Of a stretch of 64,000 bases of DNA, positions 29,911-39,977 are shown piece by piece. This DNA is from Candidatus Poribacteria bacterium (GTDB lineage Bacteria; Poribacteria; WGA-4E; PCPOR2b). The stretch covers positions 1,632,001 to 1,696,000 of the forward strand of contig OZ242351.1 of the NCBI GenBank assembly GCA_965208675.1, written 5' to 3'. How positions within the stretch are numbered: the first letter of the stretch is position 1; each line of letters opens with the position of its first letter. A program made the translations under genes and the position numbers. The notes below the pieces were generated by a model, which was not told the DNA's origin, ran no database searches, and worked only from the letters and a program-made list of their open reading frames with translations.

Positions 29911-30891
29911 ATGTATTCTAGAGTGAAGTCCGCGTTTTTCTCGTTGTGCACTGCAATCCTGTTGAACCATGTGGGGCTTTCATTACCTGCCTTGGCACAA
30001 GCGCCCGATGAACCGACCATCGCCTTTGCCACATCGCGCGGAGGCGGTAGTCTCTGGCTAGTTGACCCGGATGGTGACAATGCGCGCGCTGTGCCGAACG
30101 CTCCCGGGGCGTCTCTTGGAATCGAGTGGTCGCCGGATGGCCGAAAGATTGCTTACTACGCTGAGGTAGATGGGAACATTGACGTGTTTGTGATAGATGC
30201 TGATGGACAGAATCTCCTAAGAATGACGGAACACCTAAAAGCAGACAGGTGGCCCACATGGCACCCTAACGGTCAAAGGATGGCTTTTACATCCAAACGT
30301 GACGGAAATCTTGAAATTTACGTGATGGATGCCAATGGCGAAGGAAAGCAGAATATTACCAACCATCCCGATGCCGACTACGACCCGTCGTGGTCTCCCA
30401 ACGGCCGCAAGATTGCTTTCTACACGTCCCGCGATGGAAATGCTGAAATCTACGTAATGGACACCGACGGGCAGAATCTAACCAACCTGACAAACAACGA
30501 TGGTGAAGACATTCAACCGGACTGGTCGCCGAATGGTAATAAGATTGTTTTCGCCTCCGATCGGGCGGGGCCTGACAACATTTTTGTCATGGACGCAGAT
30601 GGGGGAAATGTCGATCAGATTACGGACGTACCCACACCTGATAATGAGCCTGCATGGTCACCGGATGGGAAACAAATTGCCTTCACTGCCGCGCGGGATG
30701 GAACCATCGATGTCTGGGTGATGGATGCCGATGGGGATAATCCCGCCAGCCTGGAGGGCGGTGGCTGGAATCGTAATCCGTCGTGGTTTGACCCGGCTTT
30801 TGCAGGGGAGTTCGCCGTTTCTCCCGCAGGCAGACACACCTCCATCTGGGGCAAACTCAAACATCAGGAGCGAGTAACATTTTGGCGATAA
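29911..30891 (+). CDS. Secreted TolB-like PD40 beta-propeller protein (paralog)
   Basis: Same repeats, C-terminal AVSPAGRHTSIWGKLK. Confidence 0.9.
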   Translation: MYSRVKSAFFSLCTAILLNHVGLSLPALAQAPDEPTIAFATSRGGGSLWLVDPDGDNARAVPNAPGASLGIEWSPDGRKIAYYAEVDGNIDVFVIDADGQNLLRMTEHLKADRWPTWHPNGQRMAFTSKRDGNLEIYVMDANGEGKQNITNHPDADYDPSWSPNGRKIAFYTSRDGNAEIYVMDTDGQNLTNLTNNDGEDIQPDWSPNGNKIVFASDRAGPDNIFVMDADGGNVDQITDVPTPDNEPAWSPDGKQIAFTAARDGTIDVWVMDADGDNPASLEGGGWNRNPSWFDPAFAGEFAVSPAGRHTSIWGKLKHQERVTFWR

Positions 30892-31105
30892 TACCGTTTT
30901 ATAGACGGGCGTTCATAGTTAGTGTATTCACAACGGTAATCCGAGAAGTAATTCCGGTCATCAGCCCGCAAGGAATTTCAATTTGAATTTGAATTAGAGT
31001 AACACATGGGGAGGCATTCTATTTTTCTTGGGAAGTCACTCTATATGCACCCAATTCACAAGAGGGTGGTGGCAAGGTCTCCGATTGTAGAGCGAGGGCA
31101 ATCCT

Positions 31106-32098
31106 GTGGCAAGCATCCATATTCCAAAACCGTGGAACATCCCCGAGCGGGAAGTTACACCAGAAGCGGATTTTATAAACCGCCGCCGCTTCCTTACAAG
31201 CATAGCCGGTGCAGGACTTTCGATAGCTGGCGCTTCAATCCTTGGGTGTGAAAGTAACTCAGAATCAAAGACTCCGACCAAATCTGACGTCAACTTCACA
31301 AACTTCGAATCAGTTGAGCGGAATCAAAATTTTGCAAAAGTCGGCCGCCCGCTAACCGATGAAGCGTCGGCAGCCAAATACAATAACTTTTATGAATTCG
31401 GGGGTACAAAGTCCATTTGGAAAAAGGCACAAGCCCTGCCGACTGAAAACTGGAAGGTGGAAGTTACTGGCATGGTCCAGAATCCTCGAACCTATGATCT
31501 GGACGATATTAAGAAGAAGTTCCCGCTAGAAGAGCGCGTCTACCGTTTCCGCTGCGTTGAGGCTTGGGCAATGGTTGTTCCGTGGACAGGGTTCCCAATG
31601 AGATTGCTTATTGAAGACGTGCAACCTGCATCAACGGCGAAGTTCGTGCGCTTTACTTCGTATTACAATCGCAAAGTTACCAAAGGCCCGTTTTGGCCGC
31701 CTGCGTCTCGGCTACCCTGGCCGTATACAGAAGGTCTCCGCATAGACGAGATGGAAAACGAACTAGCGTTCTTTGCTGTCGGCATCTATGGGCATGCACT
31801 TCCAAAACAACACGGTGCACCCATCCGCGAAGTGGTACCGTGGAAATACGGTTTCAAAGGCGCTAAATCAATTGTCAAAATCGAGTTCGTCGACAAGCAG
31901 CCCGCTACATTTTGGAATACCCTCCAACCGACCGAATACGATTTTGAAGCCAATGTCAATCCTAATAAGCCTCACCCGCGTTGGTCGCAAGCCACAGAAC
32001 GTATGATTGGCCCCGGGCGCGCTTCTTCATGGGAGAGGCGCCCAACCCTTCTCTATAACGGTTACGCTGAGTATGTCAAGCATCTTTATGCCTCATAA
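31106..32098 (+). CDS. msrP: Protein-methionine-sulfoxide reductase catalytic subunit
   Basis: Tat motif NRRRFL, YNNFYEF, YRFRCVEAW, PWKYGFKGAKSI and HPRWSQATER. Confidence 0.92.
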   Translation: MASIHIPKPWNIPEREVTPEADFINRRRFLTSIAGAGLSIAGASILGCESNSESKTPTKSDVNFTNFESVERNQNFAKVGRPLTDEASAAKYNNFYEFGGTKSIWKKAQALPTENWKVEVTGMVQNPRTYDLDDIKKKFPLEERVYRFRCVEAWAMVVPWTGFPMRLLIEDVQPASTAKFVRFTSYYNRKVTKGPFWPPASRLPWPYTEGLRIDEMENELAFFAVGIYGHALPKQHGAPIREVVPWKYGFKGAKSIVKIEFVDKQPATFWNTLQPTEYDFEANVNPNKPHPRWSQATERMIGPGRASSWERRPTLLYNGYAEYVKHLYAS

Positions 32099-32117
32099 AG
32101 ATTGCGAGAATACAGTG

Positions 32118-33827
32118 TTAATTGTCGATTGATGAAACAGCCGAGTCGCGAGTTTCAGACTCGTCGGTGTCTTCCTCCGAGTTTTCCAGCCCCAATGACG
32201 CCTCCTGGCTGTCCAAATAGTTATCTACGGCATGCCTGACAAGTTCAGATAATCCTTCATCCTTTGAGTTTGCCAAGCGATTCAATCGCATTACCTGAAA
32301 ATCCGTAATCGAAACAACTTTGGGATTATGTTTACGGCGATCTTTCACAGCTATCGTCGTCGTTGAATCTGCGATCTCTCCAAACTCGCCTGCCTTTATC
32401 AGGCGCACCGCTTCCTGCAACTGCTCGTCATGTTCCAAATCATAGATTGGGTCATGACCAACATTGGCATTGAAAGTCCTAAAGACATTAACCTTAACCA
32501 AAGATAGATCAATTTCAATGTCATTTTCCAAAAGTATGTCAATCAATCGGGGTAACTCGGCTTGAATCTTGGAAAACTCTTTCGGAGTTTCGCCGAGTCG
32601 CTTTTCTTCCTCTTCAACCCAATTCTCGACAAACGCTTCAACATGATCACGCGCTTTTTCAATCTTCACAGCGTCGAGGATATCCAGTGTAGGATCAACA
32701 ACAATATTGGGAATGATACCCTTTTCATTGATTGATACGCCATTTGGAGTATAATAGGTCGAAATCGTTAGCGATATCCCGCCGCCTCCCTTTTCAAGGT
32801 CATAGTGCCGCTGGACAACGCCTTTGCCGTAGGTTTTTGTACCCAGCAATATTCCCCGCTTGGTGTCCTTGATAGCTCCGGCTACAATTTCAGCGCCGCT
32901 AGCGCTAAACCCGTTAACAAGAACAATCAGATTCACTTCAGGGTCGCAAAGCACGGTGGGGCGTGCCGAGTACGCTAAGTTGAAATCCTCGTTTCGCCCT
33001 TGCGTAGACACAATCACTCCTTCGGAGATAAAGGCATCTGCTACAAAGTAGGCTGCGTCAAGGAGCCCGCCGGAGTTATTTCTGAGGTCTAGAATGAGGA
33101 ATTTTAGCCCATCCCCTGCAGTCTGCTGAAGTTCCTCTAAGTTAGCCTGGAATTCTTGACTGGTTCTTCCGGTGAATCGACTGATTGCGATATAGCCAAT
33201 ACCATCATCCAACATCGCTTGCTCAACGCTATTCGGCTTGATTACCTCGCGCGTCAACGTCACATCAAACGGCTCAGGATTCCCACGGCGCCGGACGGTA
33301 ATCGTGACTTGAGTCCCAACTCTTCCTCTCAAAATATCCACAACATCGTGGAGTGACTGTCCGCCAGACACAATATTGACTGGGTCACCATTCACCTTAG
33401 TAATATAATCTCCGGCTTGTAAGCCAACCCGCAACGCGGGCGAATTCCGTAATGGGCGGGAGATTTTCATATATCCCTTATCCTCATAAATTTCGATTCC
33501 GAGTCCGCCAAATGCCCCATCGTAAAGATCTTCCACCCCGCGTTGCCGAATTCTTGGCGAAAGATAGCGAGAATAGGAATCGCCTAGGGCGGCAAGGGCG
33601 CCTTTGATTGCGCCTTCGTACATTTTTTCGCGTTCCACTTCCTTATAGAAATTCCTCTCCGATTTCTTAATGACTTCGTTTAAAGCCCTCATCATGATGA
33701 TGGAATTCCGCTTCCCATCCCGATCGCTGAAGGCACGTTTTCCTCCTACCGGTATGAAGAGGAGCGAAGTAATCGCTGCAACAATCACCGCGATGATGAT
33801 TACCGCGTGTTTTTTGGAATGAAACAT
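32118..33827 (-). CDS. S41 family carboxy-terminal processing protease with PDZ and a C-terminal RHH-like extension
   Basis: N-terminal TM/signal, GGLGIEI (PDZ), LDLRNNSGGLL, SASGAEIVAGA and GTKTYGKG. Confidence 0.9.
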   Translation of the reverse strand: MFHSKKHAVIIIAVIVAAITSLLFIPVGGKRAFSDRDGKRNSIIMMRALNEVIKKSERNFYKEVEREKMYEGAIKGALAALGDSYSRYLSPRIRQRGVEDLYDGAFGGLGIEIYEDKGYMKISRPLRNSPALRVGLQAGDYITKVNGDPVNIVSGGQSLHDVVDILRGRVGTQVTITVRRRGNPEPFDVTLTREVIKPNSVEQAMLDDGIGYIAISRFTGRTSQEFQANLEELQQTAGDGLKFLILDLRNNSGGLLDAAYFVADAFISEGVIVSTQGRNEDFNLAYSARPTVLCDPEVNLIVLVNGFSASGAEIVAGAIKDTKRGILLGTKTYGKGVVQRHYDLEKGGGGISLTISTYYTPNGVSINEKGIIPNIVVDPTLDILDAVKIEKARDHVEAFVENWVEEEEKRLGETPKEFSKIQAELPRLIDILLENDIEIDLSLVKVNVFRTFNANVGHDPIYDLEHDEQLQEAVRLIKAGEFGEIADSTTTIAVKDRRKHNPKVVSITDFQVMRLNRLANSKDEGLSELVRHAVDNYLDSQEASLGLENSEEDTDESETRDSAVSSIDN

Positions 33828-33874
33828 AACAACTCCCTCGGTGTACGATTTGTTAGTCTCGTGCGATTGCGGTA

Positions 33875-33903
33875 ATTATAGCACACCGTATGTTACACCG
33901 CAA
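33875..33903 (-). promoter_or_regulatory. Sigma-70-type promoter of the S41 protease gene
   Basis: TTGCGG-17 bp-TATAAT with an extended -10 TG. A direct repeat CGGTGT (x2) overlaps the -35 and spacer. Confidence 0.6.
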
Positions 33904-34075
33904 TGATGAAAGTGAAATCAGATCAAACGGACAATAGGAACGAGGTGCGCATGAAGGCACCGAATTTTATGCCATTTTCAGTCTAATGTTCTTTTCACCC
34001 CAAAATGCCCAACAAGGTTTCATGCTGTTTCACTATTCCCTCACTGGATTTCCTAAATTGGTGTTTCACGTACTT

Positions 34076-34996
34076 CTATCTTTCCGGTTGAGTTTTCCAC
34101 CGATTATGAAGCCACAACCACTGGGATGGGAACTGGTGTATATAACCCTCTAGAATTTTCAGAAGGCGAGCTGTATTGATCTGAACATCTTGTTCAAAAT
34201 CTCCCGAGATTTCAAGTTCAACCGGCGGCGAGATAAACACGCGATGCCGATCATCGCACTGCCGTAAATCAATCGAGAATAGAATCGGCGCCCCTGTTTT
34301 GAGCGCGAGCGTGGCTGGCCCCCGAACGGCGGAGGCGTCTTTGCCAAAGAACTCAACAAATACCCCGTCTCTCCCAGCATCTTGATCGGCGAAAAAACCC
34401 ACCGCAAATTTGTCCCGAAGCGCACGGAGTGTTTCCCTCACAGCTTGCTGCCGAGGTATCAGTTTTAAGCTCAAGTGCTGACGGTATTTCCACACAAGTG
34501 AATTGAGAAAACTGTTTTTGATTGGCAGCGCGATTGCCATTGCACGGTTTGGAATCAATACACCGTAAACTAGGGCGAGAAGCTCCCAATTCCCGAAATG
34601 CGGCAGAAACACGATGGCGCCTTTTCCGAGATCGAGCGCATTTATGAGGTTCTCTTTACCGCCAACTGTGACCTCCGCCCAGATATTATCGAAGGTCAAA
34701 TTTGGAAACCGGAGAAATTCCAACGCTGTCTTACCGAGATTGCGGAAGTTTTCCCTGCAAATTTCCTTCCGTTCTCTGCCCGATTTCTCAGCGCCAAACG
34801 CTATCCGCAAATTTTCCAACGCAATATTGCGGCGTCTCTTGGATGCGAAGTAGAGCACATCACCGATTCCGCTGCCCAAGAACATCGCCAACCGCTTTGG
34901 GAAACGGCGGGCTATCGCAGCTAAAACCCAAACGCAAGAATAGATTAACCATTCAACTATCAAGGACTTTGCACCAAACCGTTGAAGATGGTTCAA
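34076..34996 (-). CDS. Lipid A late acyltransferase family (LpxL/HtrB-like)
   Basis: HFGNWE, ADQD, VEFFG and PSQWLWLHNRWK. Confidence 0.88.
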   Translation of the reverse strand: MNHLQRFGAKSLIVEWLIYSCVWVLAAIARRFPKRLAMFLGSGIGDVLYFASKRRRNIALENLRIAFGAEKSGRERKEICRENFRNLGKTALEFLRFPNLTFDNIWAEVTVGGKENLINALDLGKGAIVFLPHFGNWELLALVYGVLIPNRAMAIALPIKNSFLNSLVWKYRQHLSLKLIPRQQAVRETLRALRDKFAVGFFADQDAGRDGVFVEFFGKDASAVRGPATLALKTGAPILFSIDLRQCDDRHRVFISPPVELEISGDFEQDVQINTARLLKILEGYIHQFPSQWLWLHNRWKTQPER

Positions 34997-35032
34997 AACC
35001 TCACTCGCCGGACGCGTTAAGTTCGATGCTGG

Positions 35033-35320
35033 TCAGCCTACGAATTCGTCGGCCCGCTTTGCCAACTCAAAATCTAACGCGCTGATACCACCGGCATCGT
35101 GTGTCATAAGATCAATCGTTACGCGGTTGTAAACGTTAAACCACTCAGGGTGGTGGTTCATTGATTCGGCGACTAGTGCAACACGAGCCATAAATCCAAA
35201 AGCTTCGACAAAAGAACTGAACTGAAACTGCTTGTGGAGTTTGCCATTCACAACAGTCCAACCTGATAGATTATCTAGTTCTGCGTCAATTTCAGTATCG
35301 TTAAGTTTTTCGGCCACCAT
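35033..35320 (-). CDS. phhB: Pterin-4-alpha-carbinolamine dehydratase
   Basis: [13 protein letters not shown] and THDAGG. Confidence 0.92.
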   Translation of the reverse strand: MVAEKLNDTEIDAELDNLSGWTVVNGKLHKQFQFSSFVEAFGFMARVALVAESMNHHPEWFNVYNRVTIDLMTHDAGGISALDFELAKRADEFVG

Positions 35321-35408
35321 GCAATTCCTTTCATAAGTTCGCTGAAAATATATTGTAAACTCAATTCCACTTTAGCATTTACATGAAACCTAACCTGATT
35401 TAGTCGGC

Positions 35409-35437
35409 ATTGTATTCAGATTACCCTAGGAAGTCAA
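35409..35437 (-). promoter_or_regulatory. Sigma-70-type promoter of phhB
   Basis: TTGACT-17 bp-TACAAT on the minus strand. Confidence 0.6.
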
Positions 35438-35499
35438 GTCAAATTCAATGCCTTCGCGCAAAGCAAGGCTGGTAGAACAAATTATTGCCAAGGTTCTTG

Positions 35500-35528
35500 T
35501 TGACAGAAGATTGCAATTGTTGTAATAT
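35500..35528 (+). promoter_or_regulatory. Sigma-70-type promoter of the membrane protein-secA operon
   Basis: TTGACA-17 bp-TAATAT. Confidence 0.5.
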
Positions 35529-35612
35529 ATAGCCGCGCAAAATTCCACGTCACAAAGCCGCTGAAAATTTCGTGGATGCTAGTCATTGACTTAATTGCAA
35601 CTGGAGGAAAGC

Positions 35613-36830
35613 ATGGCGGAACTACACAATGATTTTCGTGATATTTTCCGGGTCGGACGTTACGGGTTTAGTGGGAAGAAAATTTCTCTGCATTTTTTGG
35701 GACTTGTGCTGGCATATCTCATCTATGAAATACTTGTTTATCTTAGCCTCTTAATAGCGGGCGGCACTGCGGCAAAAGACTTTTGGGATAAGTATGGATT
35801 AATGCCGGTGCTCCCCACTGTCAATGGTGACTTTGAGACCATCACTATCGCGGCAATGGGAATTGGCACGCTTGTGCTCTTTTTGTTGTTCTTTTCGATG
35901 AGCACAATGGTTTCCAAAATTACTATGCAACAATTGCGGGGCGATCACTTTTTCTCGATTGGAGAGTCCATTGGCTTCGCAAAGAAAAATTGGAAGGTAG
36001 TTTTCGGAACGTTCATCGGTTTAATCGTAATTTTTGTGTTATGCGCGGTAGCGCCGATTATTGTGGGGCTGCTCGGCAGGATTCCTGTCGTTGGTGACAT
36101 TATTGTTATGCTCGCGTCAATCTTGACTCCCTTCGCCTTCATGCTTGGATTGTTGATGGCCTATCTAGTGGTTGTTTTTGGAGTGAGTCTGTTTCTTGTG
36201 CCTTCAGTAGTTGCCGCCGCCAATTCGGATACCTTTGAAACTGTATATCAGCATTTCTCCATTATTTGGAATCAACCTTGGCGCCTCGTCGTCTACGAAA
36301 TCCTTCTGTTTGGCGTGAAAGTGATTTGCTCGGTTATTTGGGCGTTTTTCTGCTTGGCGGGATTTGTTATTGCAATGTTGCCGGTCCGTCTGCTGATTCC
36401 AACGGGTATGAAGATGATTATGGGTCAGGCTGACAAATGGCTTGGAGGTTTGATTGGTAAACTTGCTGAATTGCCATACATTGAGGTTGTCAAAGTATTC
36501 CATCTTGCCGAACCCGCAAATCTTCCAATTGTCCTCAAAATCGCATCAGTTTTCATAGCGCTTTCCCTCTTGGGCATCATGGGTCTGATTATAGCTTACT
36601 TGCTCTCGATAGCCTCGGCCGGGAATACGCTCATTTACACCATGCTGAGAAGGCGAGTAGACGGAGAAGATTTGTTGGAGGTGGAAGAGGAGAATGTGGA
36701 CACACCCACACCACCGGAAACTCCGAGTCAAGGCGAATCCCAACCGGAGGCGGCGCAACCGGAAACGGACGAGATTTCAGAAGATCGGTCTGGCAGTGAA
36801 GAAAGCACGAATAATGATGCAACCAAATAA
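35613..36830 (+). CDS. Hypothetical polytopic membrane protein with an acidic C-terminal tail
   Basis: About 7 hydrophobic segments. GGAGG RBS before ATG 35613. Confidence 0.8.
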   Translation: MAELHNDFRDIFRVGRYGFSGKKISLHFLGLVLAYLIYEILVYLSLLIAGGTAAKDFWDKYGLMPVLPTVNGDFETITIAAMGIGTLVLFLLFFSMSTMVSKITMQQLRGDHFFSIGESIGFAKKNWKVVFGTFIGLIVIFVLCAVAPIIVGLLGRIPVVGDIIVMLASILTPFAFMLGLLMAYLVVVFGVSLFLVPSVVAAANSDTFETVYQHFSIIWNQPWRLVVYEILLFGVKVICSVIWAFFCLAGFVIAMLPVRLLIPTGMKMIMGQADKWLGGLIGKLAELPYIEVVKVFHLAEPANLPIVLKIASVFIALSLLGIMGLIIAYLLSIASAGNTLIYTMLRRRVDGEDLLEVEEENVDTPTPPETPSQGESQPEAAQPETDEISEDRSGSEESTNNDATK

Positions 36831-36885
36831 AAATATTATACGTAATGGATTCATAACAGATGTTATACAAAGGTGATGACGGCTT

Positions 36886-39639
36886 ATGTTTCAGAGCGTT
36901 TTAGCCAGAGTTTTCGGCAATAAACAGGACCGGGACGCGAAGCGATTTCAGCCAATCGTTGAAGCGGTAAATCAACAGGAGTCTGAAGTCAAACGCTTAT
37001 CCGATGCAGAATTACGGTCAAAAACACCGCATTTTCGCGAAAAAGTTGACGCCGGCGCAGACCTTGATTCGCTCTTGCCCGAAGCATTTGCTGTTGTGCG
37101 TGAAGCCGCTATTCGGACCTTAGCCCAACGTCACTACGATGTGCAAATTATGGGGGGGGTTGCCCTCCATAATGGCAATATTGCTGAAATGAAAACAGGT
37201 GAGGGAAAAACCCTAACCTCGACGCTTGCGGTTTATTTAAATGCGCTAACGGGAAAAGGCGTTCATGTTGCTACCGTCAATGATTATCTTGCTAAACGCG
37301 ACGCGGAATGGATGGGAAAGATTTACAACTTTCTCGGCCTTTCTGTCGGACTGACGCTTAGCATCATGCCCGATGAGCTGAAAAGGCTTGGATACAAAGC
37401 GGACATTACCTACGGTGTGCATAGCGAATTTGGTTTTGACTACCTTCGTGACAACAAATCAACACACCTTGATGGAAGGGTCCAGCGTGGACACTATTTC
37501 GCGATTGTCGATGAAGTTGATAGCATTCTTATTGATGAAGCCCGCACTCCGCTAATTATAGCCGAACCCCACGGCGAACCAGTCGAACTTTATGCCAGGC
37601 TTGACCGTACGGTGCGGCAACTCCACGCGGGAAAACACTATGAAATCGATGAAAAAAGCAGTAAGCGCGGCACAGTCAGCCTAACGGAGGATGGTGTCGA
37701 TGAAGTTCAGCGTCTTCTCGGCGACACCGTTCTTGATGGGAGAGATCTTTACGATTCCACCAATATGCATGTCGTACACCATGTCAACCAAGCATTAGCA
37801 GCTCATCACCTCTGGAAACGAGATGTTGACTACGTCGTCGAAAACGGAGAGGTCATCATCGTAGATGAGTTCACGGGGCGAAAGCAACCCGGCAGGCGAT
37901 GGAGTGAAGGCCTCCATCAAGCCATGGAATCGAAAGAACGAGTCAAAATCGTTCAAGAAAGCCAGACCGGCGCAAAAATCTCCTACCAGAACTATTTTCG
38001 CACCTATGAGAAACTAGCGGGAATGACTGGAACCGCGGAGACGGAAGCCGCGGAATTTGCTCACATTTACCGTCTTGATGTTGCCGTCATTCCGACGAAC
38101 GAACCGATGATCCGAATCGATAATTCTGACCAAATTTACAAGACGGAGGATGCAAAGTTTCGAGCAGTGCTTCAAGACATAATCGAACAGCATGAACACG
38201 GGCGTCCTGTGCTGGTAGGGACAATTTCGATCGAGAAATCGGAAAAATTGAGCAAAATGCTTCGCGCGAAACGGCGCGACATTCGGCATCAAGTATTGAA
38301 TGCAAAAGAACATGACCGTGAAGCAACAATTATCGCCCAAGCGGGATTGCCCGGTGCGGTGACCATCGCCACTAACATGGCAGGGCGTGGAGTCGATATC
38401 TTGCTCGGCGGCAATCCCGAAGGCATGGTGATGGAAAGCCTGCGCAAAAAAAAGACGGATCCGGCAACCGTTGAAGAGGATTCGGAGGAGTGGAAAGCCG
38501 CCTTTGAAGAAGCCAAAGCCGTTTGTGACGGAAATCGAGAGGAAGTCCTGAAGTCGGGTGGGCTGCACATCATTGGAACAGAACGGCATGATTCACGGCG
38601 AATCGACAACCAATTGCGTGGACGTTCAGGGCGGCAGGGAGATCCTGGTTCGTCTCGGTTTTATCTCTCGCTCGAAGACGACCTCATGCGAAAATTCGGC
38701 TCCGATCGCCTGTCGGGCATGATGGATAGAGTCGGTATGGAAGAAGACATTCCGATTGAGCACCCGTGGGTAACCAAGGCTATCGAAAAAGCACAGCGGC
38801 GGGTTGAAGAACGGCACTTCGAGATACGGAAAAACGTACTAAAATTTGACGACGTGATGAATACGCAACGTCAAACCATCTATGATATGCGAAATAGCAT
38901 TCTCGAAGGCGAGAATCTCAAGAACACAATTCAGGATATGATTGAAGATTCGCTCGACGATCATTTTGAAGCCGACCTGCCCGACCGCGAAGAGGACCGC
39001 GACATTGATAGTCTTGTTACTTGGTTAAGCCATACCTTTCCCATAAATCCCGCGGATTGGGAAACCCCACCTGATAAAATGAGCCGGGAAGAGTTTCGAG
39101 AACAGACTTCAAAATTGCTGCTCGAACTCTATGAGAATCGCGAAACCGAGATGGGAGTTGAGCACATACGAGCTCTTGAACGCCTCGTGCTGCTCGATCG
39201 TATTGACAGTCACTGGAAAGATCATTTGTATAACATTGACTACATAGAGGAAGGTATCCACCTCCGTGGGTATGGCGGTAAAGACCCTATTGTTGTCTTC
39301 AAGAACGAAGCCTATGCGGTGTTTGAAACCATGTATCAGCGAATTGAAGAGGAAGTCAGCGAGTACATGTTTAAGGCGCGTATCGTTGATACAGAGACCC
39401 AAATTCGGCAGGCTAAGTCAAGGCATGCCGCGCAGGGCAGAGCAGGTTTTCGCTCCCGCCGCACTATGCCGCAACATGGGCGCCGTCGAGACGCAATACC
39501 GCAACCAAGCGAAGGAAGTGCGATCGATTCCGATGCCTTTGCGAGGCAGCAAGCCGCCGACCGGGTGCCGAAGGTAGGACGCAATGAAGCGTGTCCGTGC
39601 GGAAGCGGCAAAAAGTACAAAAAATGCCACGGCGGATAG
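36886..39639 (+). CDS. secA: Preprotein translocase ATPase SecA
   Basis: [44 protein letters not shown] and [17 protein letters not shown]. Confidence 0.98.
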   Translation: MFQSVLARVFGNKQDRDAKRFQPIVEAVNQQESEVKRLSDAELRSKTPHFREKVDAGADLDSLLPEAFAVVREAAIRTLAQRHYDVQIMGGVALHNGNIAEMKTGEGKTLTSTLAVYLNALTGKGVHVATVNDYLAKRDAEWMGKIYNFLGLSVGLTLSIMPDELKRLGYKADITYGVHSEFGFDYLRDNKSTHLDGRVQRGHYFAIVDEVDSILIDEARTPLIIAEPHGEPVELYARLDRTVRQLHAGKHYEIDEKSSKRGTVSLTEDGVDEVQRLLGDTVLDGRDLYDSTNMHVVHHVNQALAAHHLWKRDVDYVVENGEVIIVDEFTGRKQPGRRWSEGLHQAMESKERVKIVQESQTGAKISYQNYFRTYEKLAGMTGTAETEAAEFAHIYRLDVAVIPTNEPMIRIDNSDQIYKTEDAKFRAVLQDIIEQHEHGRPVLVGTISIEKSEKLSKMLRAKRRDIRHQVLNAKEHDREATIIAQAGLPGAVTIATNMAGRGVDILLGGNPEGMVMESLRKKKTDPATVEEDSEEWKAAFEEAKAVCDGNREEVLKSGGLHIIGTERHDSRRIDNQLRGRSGRQGDPGSSRFYLSLEDDLMRKFGSDRLSGMMDRVGMEEDIPIEHPWVTKAIEKAQRRVEERHFEIRKNVLKFDDVMNTQRQTIYDMRNSILEGENLKNTIQDMIEDSLDDHFEADLPDREEDRDIDSLVTWLSHTFPINPADWETPPDKMSREEFREQTSKLLLELYENRETEMGVEHIRALERLVLLDRIDSHWKDHLYNIDYIEEGIHLRGYGGKDPIVVFKNEAYAVFETMYQRIEEEVSEYMFKARIVDTETQIRQAKSRHAAQGRAGFRSRRTMPQHGRRRDAIPQPSEGSAIDSDAFARQQAADRVPKVGRNEACPCGSGKKYKKCHGG

Positions 39640-39791
39640 GTGAGTAAGCCAGTAAACACCGGTGTATTGCATTTCCCGAATTGCGGCGATTTTTCAAATA
39701 AATACAGAGATATATTCGGTCAATTCATCCCAATTTCGAAACGTGTTTTTCGTACGCTTCATAATATAGCTTCCATTTGATGAGGGTGGCT

Positions 39792-39977
39792 ATGGACTCA
39801 CGAGAAGAAATCAGCCAAGAGTTGCTTGATATTTTGGCTTGTCCGGCGTGCAAAGGCGATATTGAATATGCACGTGAGAATCAAAAACTGATTTGTACTG
39901 GCGAGTGCAAGCGATGTTACCCGATTCGTGATGGTATTCCAGTGATGCTGATTGATGAAGCCGAATTGCCAACATGA
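39792..39977 (+). CDS. Trm112 family protein
   Basis: LLDILACPACKG...YPIRDGIPVMLIDEA. Confidence 0.9.
   Translation: MDSREEISQELLDILACPACKGDIEYARENQKLICTGECKRCYPIRDGIPVMLIDEAELPT

Noticed and set aside
28990-30790. CRISPR-like periodic repeats (TGGTCGCCGGATGG etc.)
   Set aside because: These are coding PD40 repeats within open frames and vary at synonymous sites. No cas genes.
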